A stretch of 63,925 bases of DNA, counting the filler. It is 8 parts of 8 records of this genome, joined end to end, with 100 filler letters (N's around TTAATTAATTAA, not from the genome) between each part and the next. Parts side by side here need not be neighbours in the genome. Positions count along the whole stretch, not along the records: positions 10,229 to 17,249 come from SRR2962707_2830; positions 17,350 to 28,559 come from SRR2962707_2832; 6 more parts are not named here. One strand, 5' to 3'. The notes under the pieces are model-generated. The model did not search any database. It was given only the letters and a program-made list of their open reading frames with translations, and was not told the origin of the DNA. Both the position numbers and the translations under genes were made by a program. How positions within the stretch are numbered: the first letter of the stretch is position 1; each line of letters opens with the position of its first letter. Positions 11,811-21,523 of the stretch are shown here, in pieces.

Positions 11811-12814
11811 CAGCCTCCCATCCCGTGCATGGTAATTGGCCGGTCCACCGGGCCGGGCGTGGCCGCGTAGCCGGCGTCCTTGTGCCAGACTCTCTGTTCG
11901 ATGCGACGCCGCAGCTGGGCCTCGCTTTCCCCGCCGCGCAGCGGCGTCAGCAGATCGTGCCCCTGACGGGCGAACAGACAGGTGTAAAGATGCCCGTTGG
12001 CGGTCAGCCGCAGCCGGTCGCAATCGGCGCAAAAGGGCCGGGTCACGGTGGAGATCACGCCCAGGGTGTAGCGCTCATCGAGTCGGTATTCGGTGGCCGG
12101 GGCCGCCCCGCGGGGCAGTGCCTCGATCCGATAGTGGCCGGCCAGCGTATCGAGAATGCGAGCCTCGGACACCACCTGCTCCTCACGCCAGCGGCCCGGT
12201 TCGTCCAGCGGCATGTATTCGATGAAGCGCAATGGCAGATCACGGGCCTTGGCCCAGTGGGTCAGCGGCAGGATCTGGTCGTCGTTATACCCCTGTATCA
12301 GCACCGCGTTCAGTTTCACCGGCAGGCCGCTGTCGCGGGCCTTTTCGATCCCCGCCAGCACCGGCGCCAGCGGGCGGCGGGTAAGCGCCTGGAAACGGCC
12401 TTCGTCCACCGCGTCCAGACTAATGTTCAGATCGTCCAGGCCAGCCTCGATCAGGTCATCGAGCAATGCCGGCAAGCGGGTGCCGTTGGTGGTCATCGAC
12501 AGCCGCTTCAACCCATGCTCACGCAACCGGGACAGTGCCGCCACGCACGCCACCACATCCTTGCGCAGCAGCGGCTCGCCGCCGGTCAGGCGCAGCTCTT
12601 CAATACCGTTGTCCACGAACAGAGTCGCCAGCCGCAGCAGTTCCTCCCGGTCCATCAGTTCCCGCCCGGGCAGCCATTGCGGGTGTTCCGGCATGCAATA
12701 CCGGCAACGGAAGTTGCAGCGGTCGGTCAGTGACAAGCGCAGCTTGCGTTTGACCCGGCCGAAACGGTCCTGCAACGGCTCTTTTACCAACAACGGCTCA
12801 AAGGCTACGCCCAT
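11810..12814 (-). CDS. moaA: GTP 3',8-cyclase (radical SAM)
   Basis: DRFGR, LRLSLTDRCNFRCRYCMP, FCADCDRLRLTA and C-terminal MHGMGG. Confidence 0.96.
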   Translation of the reverse strand: MGVAFEPLLVKEPLQDRFGRVKRKLRLSLTDRCNFRCRYCMPEHPQWLPGRELMDREELLRLATLFVDNGIEELRLTGGEPLLRKDVVACVAALSRLREHGLKRLSMTTNGTRLPALLDDLIEAGLDDLNISLDAVDEGRFQALTRRPLAPVLAGIEKARDSGLPVKLNAVLIQGYNDDQILPLTHWAKARDLPLRFIEYMPLDEPGRWREEQVVSEARILDTLAGHYRIEALPRGAAPATEYRLDERYTLGVISTVTRPFCADCDRLRLTANGHLYTCLFARQGHDLLTPLRGGESEAQLRRRIEQRVWHKDAGYAATPGPVDRPITMHGMGG

Positions 12815-12816
12815 GA

Positions 12817-13410
12817 TCAGTCTCCCCGGCTCAGACGGGCACAAGCGTCGGCCACTTCCGCGGGGTTGTTCAAACTCCACAGCGGCTCCGGCTGCACGTC
12901 GGAAAAGTCCACCGGCCGCGCACCGATGGTGGCGAACCAGCGACGCGGCGCCCGCTCGCCATGCTCCAGCGCTTCGGCGAGCCCGCTTTCCAGATCGCGA
13001 TTCAGCAAGCAGCACAAATACTGCCCCTGACCATGCGCCTCAGCATACACTGCCCGCAAGCCTTGCAGCTTGGCCTGGATCATTAAACGGGGCAGCAGAT
13101 CGTCGGGCAAGGTCACCGCATCACAGGGGAGAATAAGCACCCACGGAGTGGAGGCCGTGCGTAACGCGGCCAGAATACCGGCCAGGGGCCCACGAAAGTC
13201 CGGCCAGGGGTCACTGGCCACCGGCACACCCAATGCCTGATAGGCACGCAGATTACGATTGGCCACGATCAGTCTCGCCGTTCCGGCGGGCACCGCTTGC
13301 AGCACCCGCTCCACCAGGCTGCGGCCCAATACCGGAATCAGGCCCTTGTCCACACCACCGAGCCGGCGTCCCTGGCCACCCGCGAGGATCGCAACGGTCA
13401 CGTCCTCCAT
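12817..13410 (-). CDS. mobA: Molybdenum cofactor guanylyltransferase
   Basis: ILAGGQGRRLGGVDKGL, GPLAGI and PCD motifs. Confidence 0.93.
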   Translation of the reverse strand: MEDVTVAILAGGQGRRLGGVDKGLIPVLGRSLVERVLQAVPAGTARLIVANRNLRAYQALGVPVASDPWPDFRGPLAGILAALRTASTPWVLILPCDAVTLPDDLLPRLMIQAKLQGLRAVYAEAHGQGQYLCCLLNRDLESGLAEALEHGERAPRRWFATIGARPVDFSDVQPEPLWSLNNPAEVADACARLSRGD

Positions 13411-16106
13411 CACGCGCCCTCCGCCAATCTTGCCCCTTCGATCAGGGCGCGGATTTCCGGCTGGCAGGAGCCGCAATTGGTGCCCGCCCTGACGCAGCGC
13501 CCAACGCCCTCCACCGAGGTTAACCCGTTATCGCGAATGGCGTCGAGGATGGTATTCCGCCCCACTGAGAAACAAGAGCAGACGGTGGCGCCGACGTCGT
13601 CGGCCGGGTCCACCGAACGCCCCAGTTTGAGCCCGACGATATCCGCCTCGGATACTTTTTCCTTCCCGAACACGCGGCTCAGCCAACTGCGTGAAGGCAG
13701 CTCGGCGCGCGGTGACAGATAGACACAGGCCAGCAGGCGCTCTTGCTCCAGGGCCACGGCGCCATAATCACCGGCACTGTCCTCGCCCACTTCCAGCCAC
13801 CGCGGTTGCTGCTCGAATCCCAGCAGCGACCGGCTCCAGTGGTGCGGCTCCTCAAGCCGGCCCCGGCCAGCCAGCTCATAGCGCAGGAAACCGTCACCCT
13901 GGATACAAACCCAGTAGGCCGGCGCCTCGCTGCCCGCGAATTGCAGCGGGGAACGGCTGTAGACCACCCCGTGCCAATCCACCGGGAACGGCGACACCAT
14001 GACCGGGGTGTGCTTGAACTCCGGCTCCCCGGAAAGCGGATCCACCACCGGGTTGACCAACGCGCCAACGCGGGCATCCGATGCACGCTGGTCATTCCAG
14101 TGAATCGGCACGAACACGGTCCGCCGCGGTTGATCGGCGGTGCAGCGCAGCCGCGCCACCATCGCGCCCCAACGGCTGGTCACCCGCACCAGGGCCCCGT
14201 CCTGCACACCGCACAACATGGCTTCGTAAGGATGCATTTCCACGAACGGCTCGGGCAGGTGGCTGGCCAGACGCGGGGCGCGGCCGGTGCGCGTCATGGT
14301 GTGCCATTGGTCGCGAATACGACCGGTGTTGAGCACCAGCGGGAACTCGTCATCCACCGCGTTGACCGGAGCACGGGGCGCGGTAGGCACCAGCCTGGCC
14401 CTGCCGTCCCCATGGAAAAAGCGGCGGTCCTGGAACAGCCGGGAGGTATGTTCACCCGCTTGCGGCACCGGCCACTGGCACGGGCGCAGGCGATCATAGC
14501 CCTCGGCGTCGAGGCCCGCCAAACCGCCAATATGGAAAGCACGCCGCACGCCATCGTCGTCGTTGCGCCAGGCCGACAGCCGCGCGTGCTCATCGAAAAT
14601 TTGATGGGGCTGCTCAAAGGCGAAGCCATCGAACCCCAGCCGCCGGGCCACCTCACTGACCGCCCACCAGTCCGGCTTTGCCTCTCCCGGCGACGGCAGA
14701 AAGGCTTTTTGCCGGGACAGGCAGCGTTCCGAATTGGTCACGGTGCCGTCTTTCTCGCCCCAGCCCAGAGCCGGCAGAACCACGTGGGCCTCGGCGGCGG
14801 TGTCGGTATCGGCGAACAAATCGGACACCACCAGCAGCTCGCATCGGCGCAGGGCCTCGCGGACCCGGTCGGCGTCCGGCAGGCTCACCACCGGATTGGT
14901 GGCCATCACCCACAGGGCCTTGATGCGGCCATCGTGCACCGCTTCAAACAAATCCACGGCCTTTAAACCCGGCTCCCGGGCGATACGCGGGCTGCCCCAG
15001 AATTCCCGCACCAGTTGCCGGTGCGCCGGCTCATCCAGTTCCAGATGCGCCGCCAGCGTATTGGCCAGGCCGCCCACTTCCCGGCCGCCCATGGCATTGG
15101 GCTGGCCGGTGATGGAAAACGGTCCCATGCCGGGCTCGCCAAGCCGCCCGGTGAACAGGTGACAATTGATGATGCTGTTGACCTTGTCGGTGCCGCTGGA
15201 CGATTGGTTCACGCCCTGGGAAAACACCGTCACCACCTTGCGGGTACGCGCGAACAGGGCGTAAAACGCCTGTAATTGCGCCACCGGCACCCCACAGGCC
15301 TTGGCGACCGCCTCCAGACGGCCGCCGTCGGCACGGGCCACGGCCAGCGCTTCGGCGGCACCGCGGGTATGGTTGGCGACAAACCCGGTGTCCACCACAC
15401 CATGCTCTTCCAGATAGGTGAGCAGCCCGTTGAACAACCACACATCGGAGCCTGCCCTCACCGGCAAATGCATATCCGCTTGCTCGCAGGTGGCGGTGCG
15501 GCGCGGATCCACCACCACGATACGTTTCTCCGGCCGCTCGCGCCGGCTCCGCATCAATCGCTGGTAGACGATCGGGTGGCACCAGGCGGTATTGGAACCC
15601 ACCAGCACCACCAGGTCCGCTTCTTCCAGATCCTGATAATTGCCACCCACCAGATCTTCGCCGAAAGCTCTTTTATGACCGGCCACCGCGGAGGACATGC
15701 ACAGCCGCGAATTGGTATCGATGTTGGCGGTGCCCAGCCAGCCCTTTACCAGCTTGTTGACCACGTAATAGTCCTCGGTCAGCAACTGGCCGGAGACGTA
15801 GAAGGCCACCGCCTCCGGACCATGCTGGTCGATAATACGGCGCAGATCCGTGGCCACCCGATCCAGCGCCCGATCCCAGGACACGGTTTGCGCCTGCCCG
15901 GCGTCATCGCGCATCAAGGGTTGCAACAGGCGCCCTTCCAACCCTACCGTCTCCGCCAGCGCCGACCCTTTCACGCAGAGACGGCCCTGGTTCGCCGGGT
16001 GATCCGGATCGCCTTCGATACGCAACCGGTTCGGTGCGCTCTCGTCTCCGGGCGTGGCGATCACGCCACAACCCACACCACAGTAGGGGCAGGTGGTGCA
16101 GGTCAT
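13410..16106 (-). CDS. nasA: Assimilatory nitrate reductase catalytic subunit
   Basis: TTCPYCGVGC..LCVKG, IDTNSRLCMSS, GQPNAMGGREVGG, LNTGRIRDQWHT and a C-terminal BFD 2Fe-2S motif (CSCF..GTNCGSC). Confidence 0.96.
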   Translation of the reverse strand: MTCTTCPYCGVGCGVIATPGDESAPNRLRIEGDPDHPANQGRLCVKGSALAETVGLEGRLLQPLMRDDAGQAQTVSWDRALDRVATDLRRIIDQHGPEAVAFYVSGQLLTEDYYVVNKLVKGWLGTANIDTNSRLCMSSAVAGHKRAFGEDLVGGNYQDLEEADLVVLVGSNTAWCHPIVYQRLMRSRRERPEKRIVVVDPRRTATCEQADMHLPVRAGSDVWLFNGLLTYLEEHGVVDTGFVANHTRGAAEALAVARADGGRLEAVAKACGVPVAQLQAFYALFARTRKVVTVFSQGVNQSSSGTDKVNSIINCHLFTGRLGEPGMGPFSITGQPNAMGGREVGGLANTLAAHLELDEPAHRQLVREFWGSPRIAREPGLKAVDLFEAVHDGRIKALWVMATNPVVSLPDADRVREALRRCELLVVSDLFADTDTAAEAHVVLPALGWGEKDGTVTNSERCLSRQKAFLPSPGEAKPDWWAVSEVARRLGFDGFAFEQPHQIFDEHARLSAWRNDDDGVRRAFHIGGLAGLDAEGYDRLRPCQWPVPQAGEHTSRLFQDRRFFHGDGRARLVPTAPRAPVNAVDDEFPLVLNTGRIRDQWHTMTRTGRAPRLASHLPEPFVEMHPYEAMLCGVQDGALVRVTSRWGAMVARLRCTADQPRRTVFVPIHWNDQRASDARVGALVNPVVDPLSGEPEFKHTPVMVSPFPVDWHGVVYSRSPLQFAGSEAPAYWVCIQGDGFLRYELAGRGRLEEPHHWSRSLLGFEQQPRWLEVGEDSAGDYGAVALEQERLLACVYLSPRAELPSRSWLSRVFGKEKVSEADIVGLKLGRSVDPADDVGATVCSCFSVGRNTILDAIRDNGLTSVEGVGRCVRAGTNCGSCQPEIRALIEGARLAEGA

Positions 16107-17249
16107 GTTCCCACCTCCGCCAGCGCATCCGCCTCGACGCCGAAAGTGTCCAGCAGCGTCCGAACCATGGGCTCGCAACCGCCACAACCGGTGGCGGCGC
16201 CGGTACATTGCTTGATCGCCGCCAGATCACAGTGCCCCTCGGCGATGGCCTGGCACAAGGCTCCCTTGGTCACATTCTGGCACTGGCACAGCGTGGCACT
16301 GTCCGGCAACCGGGTGACATCGAGGGCCGGCGCGGCGCCCTGGGCGGCGGGCAGGATCAATTGCTCCGGCGTTTCCGGCAACGCCATGTCATTGAGCATC
16401 AGTTGCAACAAGGTGTTGTATTCCCGTGCGTCCCCCACCAACACGCCGCCCAGCAGGCGACGACCGTCCTCGCTGACCACCAGCTTCTTGTAAATCTGCT
16501 TGCGCTCGTCCTCGTAGCGATAACAGCAGGCTCCCGGCGTGCTGGCATGGGCATCCCCCAGGGACGCCACGTCCACGCCCATCAATTTCAATTTGGTGGA
16601 CATATCGGCGCCGGTGAACGGTACCGCCAATGTTTCATCACGCCGATGCCGCAAATGACTGACGGCGGCGCGCGCCATCTCGTAACCTGGCGCCACCAGG
16701 CCATAGATGCGCCCGCCCCAGAGCGCGCACTCGCCGATGGCGTAAACATCAGGATCGGATGTGCGGCAGTGATTATCGATGACAATCCCGCCGCGCTCTC
16801 CCACCGCCAGCCCGGCGTCACGGGCCAGCGTGTCCTGGGGGCGAATGCCGGCGGAAAATACCACCAGATCCGCTTCCAAGTGCCCGCCGTCGGCGAAGTT
16901 GAGACGATGACGGTAAAACTCCCCGTCGATGATTTCCGTGGTGTTCATTCCGGTATGCACGAACACGCCGAGCTGTTCGATCTTGCGGCGCAGCAGCGCG
17001 CCGCCGCCGTCGTCCACCTGCACCGCCATCAGGCGCGGCGCGAATTCCACCACATGGGTTTGCAGGCCGATATCGCGCAGGGCTTTGGCCGCTTCGAGAC
17101 CGAGCAGGCCACCGCCTATCACCGCGCCCACTTCCGCATCCCGCCCGGATGCCATGATCGCTTCCAGATCCTCGATGGTGCGGTACACCAGGCAACTGGG
17201 GCGGCCCCGCCCCGGCACCGGCGGCACGAACGGATAGGACCCGGTGGCC
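16103..17249 (-). CDS. NirB-like FAD/NADH oxidoreductase ending after one BFD 2Fe-2S domain; probable electron-transfer subunit (5'-truncated)
   Basis: VIGGGLLGLEAA, YAIGEC, TKLKLMGVDV and CQC..ATGCGGC. The stop overlaps the nasA ATG (ATGA). Confidence 0.82.
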
Positions 17250-17349
17250 NNNNNNNNNNNNNNNNNNNNNNNNNNNNNNNNNNNNNNNNNNNNTTAATTA
17301 ATTAANNNNNNNNNNNNNNNNNNNNNNNNNNNNNNNNNNNNNNNNNNNN
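17250..17349. other. Artificial contig spacer
   Basis: N run + TTAATTAATTAA + N run. Confidence 0.99.
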
Positions 17350-18057
17350 TCAACCGACGACACGCCATTTGATCAGGCTCCAGATGCTGGTGAAAAAATG
17401 CCACCAGCGGACCTTCTTGCCTTCTTCATAGCCGCGCGCGGCATGTGAGATCGGCACTTCATAGATGTTCAGTCCGGCCTTGCAGATCTTGGCGGTGACT
17501 TCCGGTTCGATCTCAAAGCCTTCGGAAACCAGATCGAGTGACTTGATGGCCTCAAGCCGGAACGCTTTGATCGCCGTTTCGATATCCGTGAAAATCCGGT
17601 TGAACAGGATATTCGCCGTCCAGGTCAGCAGTTTGTTGGCGACGAAGTTCAGCGTGCCGTAGACCTTGCAGTACTTGGCCCGGGTCAGCCGTGAGCCATA
17701 GACGACGTCGGCGTCGGTTTCGAAAAACGGCTCGAGCACGTCGTAATAGTCCTTCGGATTGTATTCCAGATCGGCATCCTGCCACAGCACGATGTCGCCC
17801 GTGGCGTGGGCAATGGCGGTGCGAAGGTTCGCACCCTTGCCGGAATGGCTGTCACGCAGCACGACCTTGATCTTCGGGTCATCGATTTTTTCCAGCAGCT
17901 CGCGGGTGCCGTCGGTCGACACGTTGTCGGAAATGACAATGTCCCATTCAAGGCCGCGTTTGTCCGCTTCGACGACCCGCCGCACGCATTCGAGAATGGT
18001 ATCCGCCTCGTTATAGGCGGGAATGATGATCGTCAGGGACTTCGGCGCTTCGGGCAT
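17350..18057 (-). CDS. GT2 glycosyltransferase, DPM1/polyprenol-phosphate glycosyltransferase-like
   Basis: IIIPAYNEA, STDGT, GKG, QDADLEYNP, DVVYGSR and GFEIEPE motifs. Confidence 0.9.
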   Translation of the reverse strand: MPEAPKSLTIIIPAYNEADTILECVRRVVEADKRGLEWDIVISDNVSTDGTRELLEKIDDPKIKVVLRDSHSGKGANLRTAIAHATGDIVLWQDADLEYNPKDYYDVLEPFFETDADVVYGSRLTRAKYCKVYGTLNFVANKLLTWTANILFNRIFTDIETAIKAFRLEAIKSLDLVSEGFEIEPEVTAKICKAGLNIYEVPISHAARGYEEGKKVRWWHFFTSIWSLIKWRVVG

Positions 18058-18160
18058 TGGGCAACTCAGACGGTTTGAATAAAAGGGCTTCGGGTCCCGC
18101 AGGTTATCGGGCACCCAAGTGGTAGCAATATACGCCGGGGATTTCGATCAAAAAGGTTGG

Positions 18161-19108
18161 TTATTCATCCCGAGGCGGCGCAGCATTGATGCAGAACTGC
18201 AGCAGGGCATCAATTTCGGCGCCCATCGGAGCTTTGGGGCTGAAGCCGGCATCCCGGAGTCGGCTGTTGTCGATTTCAAGATCGGGGATTGGGTCGCCGT
18301 CCGCGCCCCCGGACGCCGGTGCCGCGACGGACAGAGGGATATCCGCGTTCAAAAGCCTTTCGGCGCGATCCTGGATGAGCTGCGCCATCTCGCGGACGGT
18401 CATGGCCTTGCCGACGGAAAGATTGATGACACGATAGCGATCCGGAAACGCGGTCATAGCGGCAAAATGACGGGCGGCGGCGGCGATGTCGGTGAGTGGC
18501 AGAAAATCCCGGCGTTGCCGCCCATCCGATGTCAGGACCAGCTTCCGCTGCTGAACGGCCTGCCGGCAGAGGTCGTTGACCAACAGGGTCCAGCGGTCGG
18601 CGCCGGTATCGGCGGGGGCGCCGAAGCCGTTGGACAGCCGAAGCATCAGTGCGGCAAGGCCGCTTCCGCCCGCCGCTTCGACCAGCTTTTCCGATTCAAG
18701 GTGGGCGACGGCATAGGGGTGCGCGGGCGCGGCCGGTGTGTTCTCGTCGATGTGCCCGGTGAGCGGGCCATAGACATGCACCGTCGAAAAATAGATGAAC
18801 CGGCCGACAGCCTCTTTACGCGCTGCCGCAAGGGCGGCTTCGGTTAATGCGCGGGTTGCGGCGATTTCCTTTTCAGGATTGGCGGCGCAGGCGATTTCGT
18901 TGGGCGCGGCGAGATGGATCAGGCATCCGGCACCGTCGCAAAGACGCGCCAGGTCGGCACCCCAGGTGACGCGGGAAACTGCCCAGGCGGGAATCTGATC
19001 TGCCGCCCGGCGCGTCACCACGCGGACGTTAGCGCCGCCTTCCAGAAGGGTCTGCACGATACGGCCGCCGACGTAACCAAATCCACCGGTAACGACGATA
19101 GGCGTCAT
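18161..19108 (-). CDS. NAD-dependent epimerase/reductase (extended SDR)
   Basis: VTGGFGYVG, STVHVYG, YxxxH in place of YxxxK, and RDF. Confidence 0.87.
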   Translation of the reverse strand: MTPIVVTGGFGYVGGRIVQTLLEGGANVRVVTRRAADQIPAWAVSRVTWGADLARLCDGAGCLIHLAAPNEIACAANPEKEIAATRALTEAALAAARKEAVGRFIYFSTVHVYGPLTGHIDENTPAAPAHPYAVAHLESEKLVEAAGGSGLAALMLRLSNGFGAPADTGADRWTLLVNDLCRQAVQQRKLVLTSDGRQRRDFLPLTDIAAAARHFAAMTAFPDRYRVINLSVGKAMTVREMAQLIQDRAERLLNADIPLSVAAPASGGADGDPIPDLEIDNSRLRDAGFSPKAPMGAEIDALLQFCINAAPPRDE

Positions 19109-19569
19109 TTATCGGGCCAGGTGTAGGGCCAGGTATAGGGAATGGCGGGGTCGTTGTCGGGCCGGCCTTCGGCTTCATCGGAATCATGTCCGATCGACGC
19201 ACAGTTGGCGACGATGGCGGGGCTTTCGGAAAGGCAGCGGAAGCCGTTCCATATCCCAGGCGGAATAATCAGCAGGCCATAGGTGTCGGCACTGTCGGGT
19301 GACAGCGTCTCGGTCTGCACCTTTCCGGTCGTGGCACTGCCGGGCCGGTCATCATAGAGGACGAATTCAACGCGGCCAGAGGGCACGGCCAGCTGCATGG
19401 TCATTCGGGTATGGCGGCGCCAGGCTTTGACCTGGCCGGGTTCGATACAGGAAAAATAAATCTCGCCGAAACCGGCGAACTCGGGCCAGTCGCCACGCAC
19501 CATATGCATGATGTTGCCCCGTGCGTCGGGAATAATGCGCAGCGGTTTGCGAATGACGCCGTCGATCAT
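19105..19569 (-). CDS. RmlC-like cupin NDP-4-keto-6-deoxyhexose epimerase
   Basis: DARG, FGEIYFS, KAWRRH and IPPGIWNGF motifs. Confidence 0.87.
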   Translation of the reverse strand: MIDGVIRKPLRIIPDARGNIMHMVRGDWPEFAGFGEIYFSCIEPGQVKAWRRHTRMTMQLAVPSGRVEFVLYDDRPGSATTGKVQTETLSPDSADTYGLLIIPPGIWNGFRCLSESPAIVANCASIGHDSDEAEGRPDNDPAIPYTWPYTWPDK

Positions 19570-20636
19570 TCGCCGCTCATGTAGGCGTCAATCTGACGGG
19601 CGCTGACGGTATAGGCATCGCTGCCGTCAAGGACGGCCTTGTACCAGATCGCGCACTCTTCGATAGCGCGATCAACGCTCCACTGCGGCCGCCACGCAAG
19701 CCGGTTCCTGGCTTTGTCGATGCTGAGATGCAGCAGCGTCGCTTCATAGGCCTGATCCGGCGGCGTATCGACGATGACCTCGCCACTGCCCCAGTGACCG
19801 ACAAGCTGATCCACAAGCTGATGCACGGTCCTGACGGCATCCTCGCCGGGGCCGAAATTCCACGCGCCGCCATAGCGTTTGGGATCGTCCAGAAGTTTTG
19901 CCGCAAGGGTGAGATAACCGCTCAAAGGCTCAAGCACATACTGCCACGGGCGTGTTGCCTGCGGCATGCGGATTCGGATCGGCTCGCTTTTGCCGAGTGC
20001 GCGGATGCAGTCGGGCACGATGCGGTCCGCCGCCCAGTCACCGCCGCCGATCACGTTGCCGGCGCGTGTCGTCGCGAGACCAAACCAGTCGCGGCTATCC
20101 AGGAATGATGCCGCGTAAGCCTTGAACACGATTTCCGCCGCCGCCTTCGACGCACTGTACGGGTCCAGCCCGCCCAACTCGTCGGTCTCGCGGTAGCCCC
20201 AGTCCCATTCCTTGTTCAGGTAACACTTGTCCGACGTGATGAAGACCAGCGCCTTGACCGACGGTGCATCGCGCATCACGTCGAGCAGATTGACGCCGCC
20301 GCCGATATTGGTGTCGAACGTCAGCTTGGGATCGGCATAGGAGCGTTTGACCAGCGACTGGGCCGCCAGATGAAAAATGATTTCAGGTTCGCTGTCGCGG
20401 ACGACGGCGCGGACCTGATCGATATCCAGCATGTTGCCGTCGCGATGCGTGATGTGCTGATCCAGATGCAGCAGGGTAAAGTGCGGCTGTTCGCCTTCAG
20501 GGGGAAGGGCAAACCCCCACACATCGGCCCCCATGCGGGACAGCCACAAGGCAAGCCATGATCCCTTGAAACCGGTGTCGCCGGTAATCAGGATACGCTT
20601 GCCGCGAAACACGCCGGGATCGAACGGAAGCGTCAT
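19566..20636 (-). CDS. rfbG: CDP-glucose 4,6-dehydratase
   Basis: TGDTGFKGSWL, ITSDKCY, DPYSASK, RAGNVIGGGDW and ATRPWQYVLEPL. Confidence 0.94.
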   Translation of the reverse strand: MTLPFDPGVFRGKRILITGDTGFKGSWLALWLSRMGADVWGFALPPEGEQPHFTLLHLDQHITHRDGNMLDIDQVRAVVRDSEPEIIFHLAAQSLVKRSYADPKLTFDTNIGGGVNLLDVMRDAPSVKALVFITSDKCYLNKEWDWGYRETDELGGLDPYSASKAAAEIVFKAYAASFLDSRDWFGLATTRAGNVIGGGDWAADRIVPDCIRALGKSEPIRIRMPQATRPWQYVLEPLSGYLTLAAKLLDDPKRYGGAWNFGPGEDAVRTVHQLVDQLVGHWGSGEVIVDTPPDQAYEATLLHLSIDKARNRLAWRPQWSVDRAIEECAIWYKAVLDGSDAYTVSARQIDAYMSGE

Positions 20637-21418
20637 GACCAGTTCTTCCAGGGCGCTTTACCGCCTTCCCAGAGACCGGTCAGAAGCTTGAAGTCGCGAT
20701 ACGTGTCCATGCACTGCCAGAAGCCGTCATGCTGATGAACCATGAGCTGATTGTCCGCGACCAGTTTGCGGAGCGGGTCTTCTTCAAATACCAGTCCGTC
20801 ACCGTCCGGCAGATAATCGAAGATCGCGCGGTTGAGCACGAAAAATCCGCCGGAAATCCGCCCGCCTGTGGCTTGCGGCTTTTCATTGAATTCCATGACC
20901 ATGCCGGTCTCGTCCGACTCTAGTTCGCCGAACCGGCCCGGCGGCCGCACCCCGGTCACGGTCGCCACCTTGCCGTGCGCACGGTGGAACGAAACAAGCT
21001 GATTGATATCGATATCGCTGAGACCGTCGCCGTAAGTCAGCATGAACATCTCGTCATCACCGACATATTTCTTGATCTGGCGGACCCGGTCGCCGGTCAT
21101 GGCGTTCAGGCCTGTTTCGGCCAGGGTGATCTGCCAGTCTTCGGTATTGCCGGTACTGTGGATCCGGAGCGATTCCGGCTTGCCGAGGGTCAGCTGAAAA
21201 TCATGGGTCAAGATATCGTAGTTGATGAAGAAGTCCTTGATGACGTGTCCGCGATATCCGAGGCAGAGCACGAACTCTCCATACCCGAAAGACGCATAGT
21301 TCTTCATGATATGCCAGAGGATCGGCCGGTCGCCGATCGGGATCATCGGTTTCGGCAGGTCTTCGGCGACATCGCGTATGCGCGTGCCCTGACCGCCGCA
21401 AAGAATAACAACCTTCAT
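20633..21418 (-). CDS. rfbF: Glucose-1-phosphate cytidylyltransferase
   Basis: MKVVILCGGQGTR, PKPM, LTYGDG and GFWQCMDT.RD. Confidence 0.95.
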   Translation of the reverse strand: MKVVILCGGQGTRIRDVAEDLPKPMIPIGDRPILWHIMKNYASFGYGEFVLCLGYRGHVIKDFFINYDILTHDFQLTLGKPESLRIHSTGNTEDWQITLAETGLNAMTGDRVRQIKKYVGDDEMFMLTYGDGLSDIDINQLVSFHRAHGKVATVTGVRPPGRFGELESDETGMVMEFNEKPQATGGRISGGFFVLNRAIFDYLPDGDGLVFEEDPLRKLVADNQLMVHQHDGFWQCMDTYRDFKLLTGLWEGGKAPWKNWS

Positions 21419-21523
21419 AATGACGCGATATCCATGGTTTTCAGCCGTTGTAATAGCGGTCTTTTATAACCAACGGCATCCGGGAACGCACCCCAATTGA
21501 TGGTCCCGGGGACAATGCTTTGT

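Noticed and set aside
1-17249. Horizontal transfer or functional linkage between eukaryotic and bacterial genes (e.g. Cu-ATPase beside Moco genes)
   Set aside because: They lie on different contigs separated by artificial spacers.
19114-19140. 12-bp tandem duplication giving PYTWPYTW at the end of the cupin epimerase
   Set aside because: Trivial local duplication with no evident functional consequence.
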